This document shows positions 29,204-38,599 of a DNA stretch of 64,000 nucleotides, in pieces (within the stretch, counting starts at the first letter, position 1; every line of letters begins with the position of its first letter). The position numbers were made by a program, and so were the translations under genes. Location: NCBI GenBank assembly GCA_048538235.1, contig JBLYPX010000001.1, positions 521,015 to 585,014 on the forward strand, given 5' to 3'. This stretch comes from Candidatus Komeilibacteria bacterium (GTDB taxonomy: Bacteria > Patescibacteriota > Patescibacteriia > UBA1558). The notes beneath the pieces were generated by a model that was not told where the DNA came from, ran no database searches, and worked only from the letters and a program-made list of their open reading frames with translations.

Positions 29204-29232
29204 ATAGTAACACGCTAGCTAAAAAACGTCAA
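29204..29232 (-). promoter_or_regulatory. Putative str operon promoter
   Basis: TTGACG-17 nt-TACTAT with extended -10 TG. Confidence 0.65.
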
Positions 29233-29235
29233 TAC

Positions 29236-29865
29236 CTAAACCAGACTATATATCATATTAACGAAAAACCCTATTATTCTACCAAAAATACCTAGCCCTA
29301 AAAAAGAATCTGCTATTAATAGTATTAATAAAAGCCAAGGCCCTTGTTGGCTTAAAAACACCTTAATATTATTATATTTAGCTGGTAATACATCAAATAA
29401 AAACTTTGAACCATCAAGTGGAGGTATAGGAATAAGATTAAATATCATTAAAACAGTATTTACTATTATTAAGGAAATTAAAAAAGCAGGTAAAAGAGTG
29501 GTAAACAAAAACGGTGAAATAACTGAAAGAATCTTCAATATTATAAAAAATACAATAGCACTGATTAAATTAGCTAGTGGTCCAGCTAAAGAAACTATAG
29601 TATTCCCCCACTTTTTGTTCTTAAAGTTGGCAGGATTTACAGGTACTGGCTTAGCCCAACCAATAACCAATGGACTGCCAGATAAAATAAGCATAGCCGG
29701 CAAAAGGATAGTACCAAAAGTATCCATGTGAGGAATTGGGTTTAAAGTAAGTCTATTATTTAATTTAGCTGTCACATCACCTTGTTTATACGCTGCTAGA
29801 GCATGAGAGAATTCATGCACAACAATTGCGTATAAAACTGACAATATTTGTATAATAACTAGCAT
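29236..29865 (-). CDS. Site-2 protease family (M50) membrane zinc protease
   Basis: HEFSH, TLNP..H.D, GWAKPVP, NLIPIPPLDG. Confidence 0.95.
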   Translation of the reverse strand: MLVIIQILSVLYAIVVHEFSHALAAYKQGDVTAKLNNRLTLNPIPHMDTFGTILLPAMLILSGSPLVIGWAKPVPVNPANFKNKKWGNTIVSLAGPLANLISAIVFFIILKILSVISPFLFTTLLPAFLISLIIVNTVLMIFNLIPIPPLDGSKFLFDVLPAKYNNIKVFLSQQGPWLLLILLIADSFLGLGIFGRIIGFFVNMIYSLV

Positions 29866-29936
29866 CTTGACTAATAATGTAAATTATATTAAACTGTATT
29901 CACTATTATACTAAAATATCTATTAAATACAACAAT

Positions 29937-30104
29937 ATGGCCAAAGTATGTGAAGTCTGCAAGCGCGGAACAACATCTGGACAAACAAAAAGTCACTCTC
30001 AAATCAAGACCAAGCGTCAGGTTAAAATAAATTTACAGACAAAGGTTGTAGATGGCAAGAGAATCAAGATTTGTACCAAGTGCATAAAGACTATGAATAA
30101 ATAA
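29937..30104 (+). CDS. rpmB: 50S ribosomal protein L28 (Cys-containing form)
   Basis: Below the ORF-track cutoff. MAKVCEVCKRG...SHSQIKTKR...NLQ...ICTKCIKTMNK, 55 aa. Confidence 0.95.
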   Translation: MAKVCEVCKRGTTSGQTKSHSQIKTKRQVKINLQTKVVDGKRIKICTKCIKTMNK

Positions 30105-30114
30105 ATTTTATACT

Positions 30115-30145
30115 AAAAAAGCTCCTAGACGACTAGGAGCTTTTT
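30115..30145. terminator. Bidirectional terminator
   Basis: AAAAAAGCTCCTAG-ACGA-CTAGGAGCTTTTT between convergent genes. Confidence 0.88.
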
Positions 30146-30160
30146 ATTTTATATATTTAC

Positions 30161-30751
30161 TTATTCTAGAACAAATTCTACATTATCATCCCCTACAATA
30201 ATATCCTGAAGTTTAATATCATTACTAAAAAAGAAATCAGATAAAAACTCTAATTGATCAAACAATAATCTCCCTACTAAAGAGCCCGGAATAAATAGCC
30301 CTTTATACCTAGCCTTTGTAACATGAAAATATAATTGTTGCTCCATAGCCTCTATTCTAACCTCAATATATGCATTACCCTTGATTGGTTTTAAAGCATA
30401 ACCTTCTAATACAAACTTATTATCTTTTAAACTTAACTTAACATCTTGAATTGGTGGATTAGAATATTTTTTTAATTGCTCTTGTAAAATATAGTTAAGC
30501 TCAGCTACTGAAATATTTGTGTACTCATTATTTGCTGCAACCAAAGATAAATCATTTTCACTATACGCTTCCAACCACATTGCTAATTTATCTTCTGCAT
30601 TTAACTTTTGTTGTGAAGTTAACTCCTCAACAGCAACCACTTCATTATTGTCGTTATTTCTCCACCATAATAGATCTGAAAAAGAAAATGCATATGAAGT
30701 ATTTGGAATAATAAGCACAACCAGCATAATTATTAATAATAGTTTTTTCAT
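30161..30751 (-). CDS. Hypothetical secreted protein
   Basis: 196 aa with a Sec-type signal peptide (MKKLLLIIMLVVLIIPNTSYA). Confidence 0.75.
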   Translation of the reverse strand: MKKLLLIIMLVVLIIPNTSYAFSFSDLLWWRNNDNNEVVAVEELTSQQKLNAEDKLAMWLEAYSENDLSLVAANNEYTNISVAELNYILQEQLKKYSNPPIQDVKLSLKDNKFVLEGYALKPIKGNAYIEVRIEAMEQQLYFHVTKARYKGLFIPGSLVGRLLFDQLEFLSDFFFSNDIKLQDIIVGDDNVEFVLE

Positions 30752-30809
30752 AAAATCTAGGTAAAATAATTAATATTTCTATCATCATTATACCAAAATT
30801 AAAGTAATT

Positions 30810-30839
30810 AAAAAACCACTACATAATGTAGTGATTTTT
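30810..30839 (-). terminator. Terminator after candidate ncRNA
   Basis: Minus strand AATCACTACA-TTA-TGTAGTGGTT followed by a T-run. Confidence 0.65.
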
Positions 30840-30842
30840 CAA

Positions 30843-31057
30843 GTTCTAGTCAGCTTGACTGAAGATTGGAAGTTCCGATAGCCATCCGGGCAGTCTCTCA
30901 ATCATAAGACAATTAAAAGTTTAACACCTTAATTACTCAGTACCGAAAAACTATAATGCCGCTGGGCGTCCTAGAATACGAACCAAGGTCCATATTTCAC
31001 ACAAACTCCCTAATAAAGTAAGGTTGTAGAAATTCAATCTGTCAAAGTGACTAGAAC
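30843..31057 (-). ncRNA. Candidate stand-alone structured RNA (215 nt, possibly 6S-like)
   Basis: Ends pair perfectly (GTTCTAGTCA/TGACTAGAAC), continuing TTGAC/GTCAA and AGATTG/CAATCT. It has its own promoter and terminator and no ORF in the track. Confidence 0.65.
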
Positions 31058-31063
31058 ACTTTA

Positions 31064-31091
31064 ATTATATCACTACAATTATTCCCGTCAA
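31064..31091 (-). promoter_or_regulatory. Promoter of candidate ncRNA
   Basis: TTGACG-16 nt-TATAAT with extended -10 TG; predicted +1 coincides with the first base of the closing stem. Confidence 0.7.
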
Positions 31092-31183
31092 ATGTAAAAA
31101 AACAACTAAATTTCATAATTAATAATATTGGCTAAGATAAAACAAAAACCCCGCTTCTATAAAGCGGGGCATTAAATATCTAA

Positions 31184-31648
31184 TTATTTTTCATCATCTG
31201 CATATACCCATTTCCAATCGTCTTTCTCATAAGTAAATATTTCATCTTCCTTAAAAAATCTCTTAATTTCAGCTTCAGCTGCTTCTGCAGAATCTGAAGC
31301 ATGCACAATATTATTTGAATGACTCATAGAAAAATCTCCGCGAATAGAACCTGAGTCAGCTTTACGACCCACTGTCGGACCAACAATAACCCTTACAGCG
31401 TCAATAGCATCATAACCTTCAATAGCGATAAATATTACTGGTGCCGATTGCATAAAACCTTTTAGTCCTGTAAAGAATGGCTTATCTTTGTGATGACTAT
31501 AGTGTTCATCTATTTGTTCATCTGAAATACGGCCCATCTTTAGACCTGCAATTTTTAATCCTTTGTTTTCAAAACGTTTAATAATCTCACCCAATAGATT
31601 GCGTTGCAAACAATCTGGTTTGAGAATAATAAGACTTTTCTCCATCAT
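31184..31648 (-). CDS. ndk: Nucleoside diphosphate kinase
   Basis: LKPD, GSIRGDF, NIVHASDS. Confidence 0.97.
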   Translation of the reverse strand: MMEKSLIILKPDCLQRNLLGEIIKRFENKGLKIAGLKMGRISDEQIDEHYSHHKDKPFFTGLKGFMQSAPVIFIAIEGYDAIDAVRVIVGPTVGRKADSGSIRGDFSMSHSNNIVHASDSAEAAEAEIKRFFKEDEIFTYEKDDWKWVYADDEK

Positions 31649-31650
31649 AA

Positions 31651-32022
31651 TTATTTTTTAAAATGTTTATTAATTTTAATAACTAGTTCTCCTGGTGTCA
31701 TATCTGCTTTTACAAAATAACCAACAGCTCCTAACTCCTTACCCTTAGCCGTATCTTCTTCTTGACCCAAATTTGTAAGCATATATACAGGAATATTCTT
31801 AGTGAACTCATCCGACTTAATTTCCTCCAAGACAATAAAGCCATCTTTCTTTGGCATAATAATATCTAATAACACCAAATCTGGTTTAAGACTCTTTGTT
31901 AGCTGAACTCCAGTCTCACCATCCCTAGCTACTTCAACTTCATAGCCAGCTTTAACCAATTTTAGCTTATACATATTAGCCAAAATTTCTTCATCTTCAA
32001 TTAATAGAATTTTTTTTGCCAT
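31651..32022 (-). CDS. Single-domain response regulator (receiver only)
   Basis: ILLIEDE, PDLVLLDIIMP, MLTN, YFVK. Confidence 0.93.
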   Translation of the reverse strand: MAKKILLIEDEEILANMYKLKLVKAGYEVEVARDGETGVQLTKSLKPDLVLLDIIMPKKDGFIVLEEIKSDEFTKNIPVYMLTNLGQEEDTAKGKELGAVGYFVKADMTPGELVIKINKHFKK

Positions 32023-32075
32023 AAATATATCTTAATAATGTTTGTATTATAGCCTAATATTTTATGATTTACAAG

Positions 32076-32924
32076 TTATTTTAGCCAATAATTATATCCA
32101 TCTGTATTAATAACAATATCTCCCAAATTATCGTTTCTTAGTATTCTAATACCCAATTTCTCCAATCTTTTAATAATCCTTAAATGTGGATGTTTAAATT
32201 TATTATCTACACCAGACTGAATAACTGCTGTACTAGCATTAACAGCTTTTAACCAATCCTCACTATTTGAATATTGACTGCCATGATGAGCAACTTTCAA
32301 TATATCTGCACTCACATCTTGACCGCTTACCAGGATCTTTTCCTCCACATCTATAGTTGCGTCCCCTGTTAACAAAACACACACCTCAATATAACAATAT
32401 TTAGCAACCACTGAAGTATCATTCACATCATCTGCTTTCTGACCCACATACTCTTCAAAAGGATATACAATCTCTAAACTTGAATTTTTGAACGTATATA
32501 TATCTCCAGCAATCGTTGACTCTAAAGTAAAACTATTATCTTCAATTAATTGCAACCACTCTAAATATGACGCCGCCATATAATCTATATACCCGGGAAA
32601 CAATATTAAATTGACAGAATATCTTTTTAAAACTTCATTTAAGCCACTAACATGATCATCATGCGCGTGGGTTAAAATCATTAAATCTATACTTTTGTCA
32701 TAAAAAGATAAATATGGCCCCAACTTACTTATTAAATAATTACCTGGGCCACCATCTATTAATATTCTTTCCTTATCTGGTGTAATAATTAATATTGCGT
32801 CTCCTTGACCAATGTCTAAAAATACAATCTTGGCAATATTATCAGTATCTGTTTGTAAATAAACAATAATTAAACTTAAAGCTATGCCAATAATTACAAA
32901 TATATATTTTCTATACTTTTTCAT
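32076..32924 (-). CDS. ComEC-type metallo-beta-lactamase nuclease domain protein
   Basis: FLDIGQGDA, THAHDDH, LLTGD, KVAHHGS, HPH. Confidence 0.93.
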   Translation of the reverse strand: MKKYRKYIFVIIGIALSLIIVYLQTDTDNIAKIVFLDIGQGDAILIITPDKERILIDGGPGNYLISKLGPYLSFYDKSIDLMILTHAHDDHVSGLNEVLKRYSVNLILFPGYIDYMAASYLEWLQLIEDNSFTLESTIAGDIYTFKNSSLEIVYPFEEYVGQKADDVNDTSVVAKYCYIEVCVLLTGDATIDVEEKILVSGQDVSADILKVAHHGSQYSNSEDWLKAVNASTAVIQSGVDNKFKHPHLRIIKRLEKLGIRILRNDNLGDIVINTDGYNYWLK

Positions 32925-34389
32925 TTGATCTAAATTTAATAAAAAATATACAAGAGTATATAAAGAAAATATATAACCAATTTATCTTTGGCAATTCAAT
33001 GGCTGCTAATGGTAGTGATCCCAACCAATTAACAATTTCTATTTGTTTATTTAACATGCCATAAACTATCCAAAATAAAGGAACAGATATGGTTGGAATT
33101 AATAAGTTTAATATTATTCCAACAATAGATAAACACATTAACAGTGGTAAGGTTGGCAATAATAATATATTGGCAATAGGAAAAACAAGAGAAGCTTGGT
33201 TAAATTTAAACACGATCCACGGCAATGTTAATATCTGAGCTGCAAAGGTTGCTTGCAAAATTGCTTTAATACCAAATAATACTGGTAATCTTTTAAATAA
33301 CTTTCCCACATCATCTGAAAATAGAACCAGGCTTAAAACCGCTAAAAAAGATAATTGCCAACCAATATCATAAACAAGTAATTTTGGATTAAACATAAGG
33401 GTAATAATTGCTACCAATATTAATGCAAAATAACTTTTGTTAACTCTACCAAAATAATCTGCAATTAATAATACTGATCCCATCATTCCTGCTCTAATTG
33501 CTGAAGCGGGCATTCCAATCATTAATATATACATAAATAATATTAAAAGAGCTATGGGGTAAGTTAATTTTTTTGGTAAATAAAAAGCAGTCAAAACTCT
33601 AACTAATAATAATGAAATAATAGATACATGCATTCCAGATATAGCTAATAAATGTGATACACCCGCTTTACTGAAATTATCTACAATATCTGTTGGAATA
33701 CTTCTCCTTCTCGCTAAAAGCATTGCAGATAATATACTAGCCTCTGGTTCAACTATATTTTTTTGAATAACTTGATGTACTCTATCTTTAAAATCTACAA
33801 TTTTTCTCTTTAAAATATATTTATCTGCTAAACCAATATATTTAACTATGGGGCTATAGCACAAAGAGTAAATATCATATCTAGATAAATAATCATCATA
33901 AGCAAAATCTTCAATTTTATCAGGCTTAATTAGTTTACAATCTAGTTCTAGTTCATCTCCTACAAAATATTCAGGGTATAAAGAAGACTTTACTAATACA
34001 AGACCATTCACATTATGCCAGATATTATCTACGTATATACCCTCCGCTTTAACTGTTAGTTTATTATGGTCAACACGTTTATCCACCTCATTAACCACAC
34101 CTCTAAAATGTAAATCCTTCATGTCTGACCAGTCTGCAGCTATATTATTGTAAAAAGCTATATGATTAGAATTAATCACAGGAAAAGAATAAATAAATCT
34201 AATATATCCAGCTAATATACTAAATATAATTAATAAAAATAATATTATTTTTTTGTTCTTAGAAAATAATACAAACAAAGGAATAAATAATAGTAATACA
34301 AGCCAACTAATATGAATAGAAAAAACATTAGCTATAATAATGCCAATTATGAACATGAAACTATAAATAATAAACAATTTTTGACTCAT
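32911..34389 (-). CDS. comEC: ComEC/Rec2 DNA-uptake channel (membrane part)
   Basis: GVSHLLAISGMH, SAIRA, GWQLSF, ANIL; start moved to MSQK (34389). Confidence 0.92.
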   Translation of the reverse strand: MSQKLFIIYSFMFIIGIIIANVFSIHISWLVLLLFIPLFVLFSKNKKIILFLLIIFSILAGYIRFIYSFPVINSNHIAFYNNIAADWSDMKDLHFRGVVNEVDKRVDHNKLTVKAEGIYVDNIWHNVNGLVLVKSSLYPEYFVGDELELDCKLIKPDKIEDFAYDDYLSRYDIYSLCYSPIVKYIGLADKYILKRKIVDFKDRVHQVIQKNIVEPEASILSAMLLARRRSIPTDIVDNFSKAGVSHLLAISGMHVSIISLLLVRVLTAFYLPKKLTYPIALLILFMYILMIGMPASAIRAGMMGSVLLIADYFGRVNKSYFALILVAIITLMFNPKLLVYDIGWQLSFLAVLSLVLFSDDVGKLFKRLPVLFGIKAILQATFAAQILTLPWIVFKFNQASLVFPIANILLLPTLPLLMCLSIVGIILNLLIPTISVPLFWIVYGMLNKQIEIVNWLGSLPLAAIELPKINWLYIFFIYSCIFFIKFRSNEKV

Positions 34390-34472
34390 ACTTGACTTAA
34401 TTATCAATACCGTGTAAATTAAATAATTATCTGAACATTCAACCCAAAACGCGTTAAACAAAAGGAGAACTT

Positions 34473-34814
34473 ATGACGCAATCATCTTTAGCTACCAAGC
34501 AGGAAGGTAGATTCGAATTTAAACACGCTGGTGAAATACTCACTGGCAGAGTAGAAAAGGACAAAAGGTCGCCAGACTTTAATCTCCTACCAGGACCTGG
34601 AGAGCCATTAGACAGCAGACGCTTTCTCAAAATGGCTTCTTCTGTAAACAATAGCCCTCACTCGGAAAAGGTAAAGATCCACGTAATTCCAAATCACTCA
34701 AGTGAAAACGGAGATAAATGGAGAGTTACCTTTGAAGCACGTAACGGAGGAGACGCTTTAGAGTTTGTGCAAAAACATCTGCACAATGTTATAAAAATTG
34801 AAATGAAAGATTAA
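34473..34814 (+). CDS. Hypothetical protein
   Basis: 113 aa, AAAAGGAG 5 nt before the ATG, upstream TTGACT-17-TAAATT, own terminator. Confidence 0.75.
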   Translation: MTQSSLATKQEGRFEFKHAGEILTGRVEKDKRSPDFNLLPGPGEPLDSRRFLKMASSVNNSPHSEKVKIHVIPNHSSENGDKWRVTFEARNGGDALEFVQKHLHNVIKIEMKD

Positions 34815-34828
34815 CGCACCTTTCATCC

Positions 34829-34860
34829 AAGCCCCGTTTTTCGAAACGGGGTTTTGTTTT
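34829..34860 (+). terminator. Intrinsic terminator
   Basis: AAGCCCCGTTT-TTCG-AAACGGGGTTTT. Confidence 0.85.
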
Positions 34861-34927
34861 ACACAAAAAAAGGGCTCATCGAGCTAAGCTCAACGACCCT
34901 GTTAAATAATAACTTACAACCAACAGA

Positions 34928-35362
34928 TTATCTTGTCAACAAAATCTTTATGCTTGTTCTTAATTTATCTGTAGATAGTTTTAGACCCCAAACTACACCA
35001 AAAAATAATCCAACTGTATCTATTCCAATATCTACTACCGATGCATTTCTACCAGGAATAAAACTTTGATGAATTTCATCAGATATTGCATACAAAATTC
35101 CTAAGAAAAAAGCTAATAATAATAGTCCAGCAAACACAAATTGATTATCTTCTTTGCTCCACTTCTTATAGCCTAATAATAATTTAACTAATAATAGTCC
35201 AAGCACAGCATAGACAAATATGTGTGCTGATTTTTTAAATAATATATCCCACAAACCAGACAAGCCAACGTTTAAAACTGACCGATTAGACAAAAGCCAA
35301 ATTAAGCTCATCCAGGCTGCTGCAAAAATTCCATATTTAAAATTATGCCAAGCTATTTTCAT
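34928..35362 (-). CDS. VanZ-family membrane protein
   Basis: KSAHIFVYAVL, YAISDEIHQSFIPGR, DIGID. Confidence 0.9.
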   Translation of the reverse strand: MKIAWHNFKYGIFAAAWMSLIWLLSNRSVLNVGLSGLWDILFKKSAHIFVYAVLGLLLVKLLLGYKKWSKEDNQFVFAGLLLLAFFLGILYAISDEIHQSFIPGRNASVVDIGIDTVGLFFGVVWGLKLSTDKLRTSIKILLTR

Positions 35363-36450
35363 TTACTTTGTTTATGGTGTAAATAATCTTCAATAAAATC
35401 ATCTATATCCCCATTAAGAACTTTATCTGGATCTTTAACTTCAAAATTAGTTCGATGATCTTTTACCATTTTATATGGATGAAGAACATATGATCTTATC
35501 TGATTACCCCAGGCAGCCTCAGTAATTTCACCTTGCAATTTCTTCCTTTCCTCTTCTGCTTCAACTTCTTGCAGTCTTTGCAAACGACTTTTTAAATGTT
35601 TCATAGCCGCTTCTCTATTCTGAGCCTGAGATCTTTCATTTTGGCATGTAACCATAATGTTGGTTGGTAAATGGACTATACGTACTGCTGAATCTGTTGT
35701 ATTTACCCCCTGACCTCCTTTACCGGATGATTTAAATGTATCTATACGTAAATCTTTATCCTCTATTTTTACTTCTATCTCATCATCTTCAAGTTCTGGC
35801 AAAACATCTACCATTGCAAACGAAGTATGTCTAGCATGATCTGCATCAAATGGAGATAAACGTACTAAACGATGAACACCTGACTCACCCTGCAATTGAC
35901 CATATGCATATTTACCAATAACTTCAATTACTACAGATTTATAACCAGCTTCAGAACCCCTGCTTTCATCTAAGATATTCACTTGCCAATTCTTTTTCTC
36001 AGCTAATCTTAGATACATTCTTAATAGCATAGCAGCCCAATCCTGTGCTTCATCGCCACCAGCACCTGAGTATATACTAACAATAGCATTATCTTGATCG
36101 TGAGAACCATTAAATAGTGTTAAAAATTCAAACGAATTGTATATATTATTTAACTGTTTAAACCTAGCCTCTATTTCTTCTTTTAATTCTTTAGCATCAG
36201 ACAATGCTATAATATCTTTTAATTCTTTAATGCCATTTTTTAACTCATTCCAGTCGTTTACTTCTGAACTTAAATCTGACAATTCTTTATTAACAGCACC
36301 TGCTTTTTTATTATCCTGCCAAAAATCTTCTGACTTTGTTTTTTCAGCCAGACTATTTATTATTTTTTGTTTGTCTTGAATATTAAGAATCGACTCAAGC
36401 TTGGCAACCTTATCTACTAATTCATTAGCTTTAGCTATTATTTCTTTCAT
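35359..36450 (-). CDS. prfB: Peptide chain release factor 2
   Basis: GVHRLVRLSPF (SPF motif), GGQ, WGNQIRSY. Confidence 0.97.
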   Translation of the reverse strand: MKEIIAKANELVDKVAKLESILNIQDKQKIINSLAEKTKSEDFWQDNKKAGAVNKELSDLSSEVNDWNELKNGIKELKDIIALSDAKELKEEIEARFKQLNNIYNSFEFLTLFNGSHDQDNAIVSIYSGAGGDEAQDWAAMLLRMYLRLAEKKNWQVNILDESRGSEAGYKSVVIEVIGKYAYGQLQGESGVHRLVRLSPFDADHARHTSFAMVDVLPELEDDEIEVKIEDKDLRIDTFKSSGKGGQGVNTTDSAVRIVHLPTNIMVTCQNERSQAQNREAAMKHLKSRLQRLQEVEAEEERKKLQGEITEAAWGNQIRSYVLHPYKMVKDHRTNFEVKDPDKVLNGDIDDFIEDYLHHKQSK

Positions 36451-37733
36451 TAATCTTTATATTCAACTAGAGTTACATTAATTATTTTTTCTTCTCCCCT
36501 GTGATACACCTTAAGTTTAATTGTATCATCTGGACCATATTCTGCTATTTTAGCGGCTAATGTTTTATCTGTGGTTAATTTCTCATCATCTATTTCTAAA
36601 ATAATATCATTCTCTACAAGACCGGCTTTATCTGCTGGACTACCAGGCATTACTGCTAATTCTGTCTGATCTTGACCCCGTATTATTAAAGCACCATAAT
36701 CTACATCTAAATTATTTTGTTTAGCAATAGCCTCATTTATCATAGTATAGCGTATACCCAAGAATGGTCTTACAATCTTACCATATTTTTGTACACTACC
36801 TACAACTTTCTTAGCTGTATTTATTGGTATAGCAAAACCTATTAATTGACCTTCTCTATTAACAGCTGTATTAATACCAATTACCTCACCATCTAAATTA
36901 ATCAAAGGTCCGCCAGAATTACCGGGATTAATAGCAGCATCTGTTTGTATAACATTGTCTAATTTTTCTGAAGAACTATATGTACCAGCTACAATATCTC
37001 TACCGAGCCCAGATACAATACCAGTTGTAACTGTATTACTATATTCTCCTAATGCATAACCAATAGCAACAACTGTTTCTCCAATATTAATATTATCTGA
37101 ATCACCCAAATCTATTGTTGGAAAGTCTTCTCCTTCAATTTGTAGAACTGCTAAGTCGTTTATAGCGTCAGCGCCTAAAAAGGTTGCGTCATATGATGTA
37201 CCATCCGCCATTATTACTTGGTATTCAGAATCTCCATCTGTTGCAACATGTTTATTGGTTAAAATAATACCATCAGAAGATATAATAAAGCCAGTGCCAG
37301 CACCAACCTGTTGCTTTTCTGTTTTTGGCTCTTGTGGCTCTTGTTGTGGCATGTCAAAAGAAAAAGGCCAGCCAGAACCAAAGAAATCTTCAAATGGGAA
37401 TAATGATCCTGTTTGATTATAATATTGTGTGATTTCCCTACTAACTATAATAGAAACAACTGCTGGGCTAGCATTCTCCACCACCTCTTCAACAGATAAT
37501 TTACTTTTCTGTTTAACCGGAGGTGTATAATTTTCCTTAGATTCAGTAATATCTTTCGAATTGTCTGAAGAATCAGCTAATTGAAACCAATCACCTGAAT
37601 TAGATAATTGACTAGCTACATAACCAGTCATACCGCCAACAAAGGCGCTTATAGCTACAGATATAATTACTACAAAAATAAGTAATTCTAAACTGTAGAG
37701 TTTTTTACTTGTTTTTTTAGTACTTTCTAACAT
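36450..37733 (-). CDS. HtrA/DegP-like serine protease with PDZ domain
   Basis: GTGFII, TNKHV, QTDAAINPGNSGGP, C-terminal PDZ; start moved to 37733. Confidence 0.95.
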   Translation of the reverse strand: MLESTKKTSKKLYSLELLIFVVIISVAISAFVGGMTGYVASQLSNSGDWFQLADSSDNSKDITESKENYTPPVKQKSKLSVEEVVENASPAVVSIIVSREITQYYNQTGSLFPFEDFFGSGWPFSFDMPQQEPQEPKTEKQQVGAGTGFIISSDGIILTNKHVATDGDSEYQVIMADGTSYDATFLGADAINDLAVLQIEGEDFPTIDLGDSDNINIGETVVAIGYALGEYSNTVTTGIVSGLGRDIVAGTYSSSEKLDNVIQTDAAINPGNSGGPLINLDGEVIGINTAVNREGQLIGFAIPINTAKKVVGSVQKYGKIVRPFLGIRYTMINEAIAKQNNLDVDYGALIIRGQDQTELAVMPGSPADKAGLVENDIILEIDDEKLTTDKTLAAKIAEYGPDDTIKLKVYHRGEEKIINVTLVEYKD

Positions 37734-37820
37734 ATAATTTTTATTAATTTTACTAATAAATATTATAAAATGTAATAAAAAAACATTCAAATATAAATTG
37801 AATGCCTCTTTATTAACTTA

Positions 37821-38135
37821 TCACTTATATAAATCCAGTATCTGTTGATACTGTTCAAACATACCATTTAAACCAGAACCAGCTGCATCTGTAGGCGCAC
37901 CTGAAAAACCTCCCAAACCTGAAAAGAAACCACTTAACATTGAAGGTAAATATACAATACCTAATATTATTGGAATAAGAATAAACAATAACTGTATAGC
38001 AGCCATTATTCTTCCCCAGAAAATATATTTTTTAACCTTAAGGCTCAAATGATATATTTCCTTAGAATATTCAATATTTTCCTCCATCAATTTCTTTAGC
38101 TGTTCTTCCATTGATGCTCCAGCATAATTTGTCAT
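37821..38135 (-). CDS. Hypothetical membrane protein
   Basis: 104 aa with one TM segment; overlaps the upstream gene by ATGA. Confidence 0.75.
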   Translation of the reverse strand: MTNYAGASMEEQLKKLMEENIEYSKEIYHLSLKVKKYIFWGRIMAAIQLLFILIPIILGIVYLPSMLSGFFSGLGGFSGAPTDAAGSGLNGMFEQYQQILDLYK

Positions 38136-38599
38136 CTTGGGTAATAACTTAAGTATTTAAGATATAATATATCTCCATTTTTAACACTAAATTTATCTGG
38201 TAATTCAGATACATAATCATTATTCAACCAAATATACCAACGACTTTCACTCGAATTATATAATCCATTAATTCCATACCACAATAACCCATTTTCCAAC
38301 CAATCTTCATTCTGACCTAATTTTATTTTACCTTGTTCTTCTGCGCCTATTAAAGCTTCCCACAAATTAGAATGACTAGTTAATTCAATATCGTCTACAA
38401 CGTCTATATCTCCATTATTATAATCTAGCATCATAGATACTCTTGGTATATTACTCTCTCTAATGTTTGCTGTTGAAGTATTAGGATTTAAAATAGTCAC
38501 AGCATTCTCCTGACCTATGACCATACCAACCAACCAAGCGCCTATAGCGATTGCCACAAATAATAATGCTCTCATAACTAAATTAAACTCTTTTCTCAT
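38132..38599 (-). CDS. DUF4430-like membrane-anchored protein
   Basis: GINGLYN...WYIWLNN...VKNGD resembles the DUF4430 pattern; N-terminal TM. Confidence 0.6.
   Translation of the reverse strand: MRKEFNLVMRALLFVAIAIGAWLVGMVIGQENAVTILNPNTSTANIRESNIPRVSMMLDYNNGDIDVVDDIELTSHSNLWEALIGAEEQGKIKLGQNEDWLENGLLWYGINGLYNSSESRWYIWLNNDYVSELPDKFSVKNGDILYLKYLSYYPR

Noticed and set aside
30843-31057. Possible tmRNA, RNase P RNA, SRP RNA or MITE
   Set aside because: No tRNA-like ends, no GAGGAAAGTCC motif, no SRP domain IV motif, and no target-site duplication or transposase nearby.
32076-34389. Split comEC as a frameshifted pseudogene
   Set aside because: The second ORF has its own ATG and N-terminal anchor, and separate MBL-domain genes are a known arrangement.
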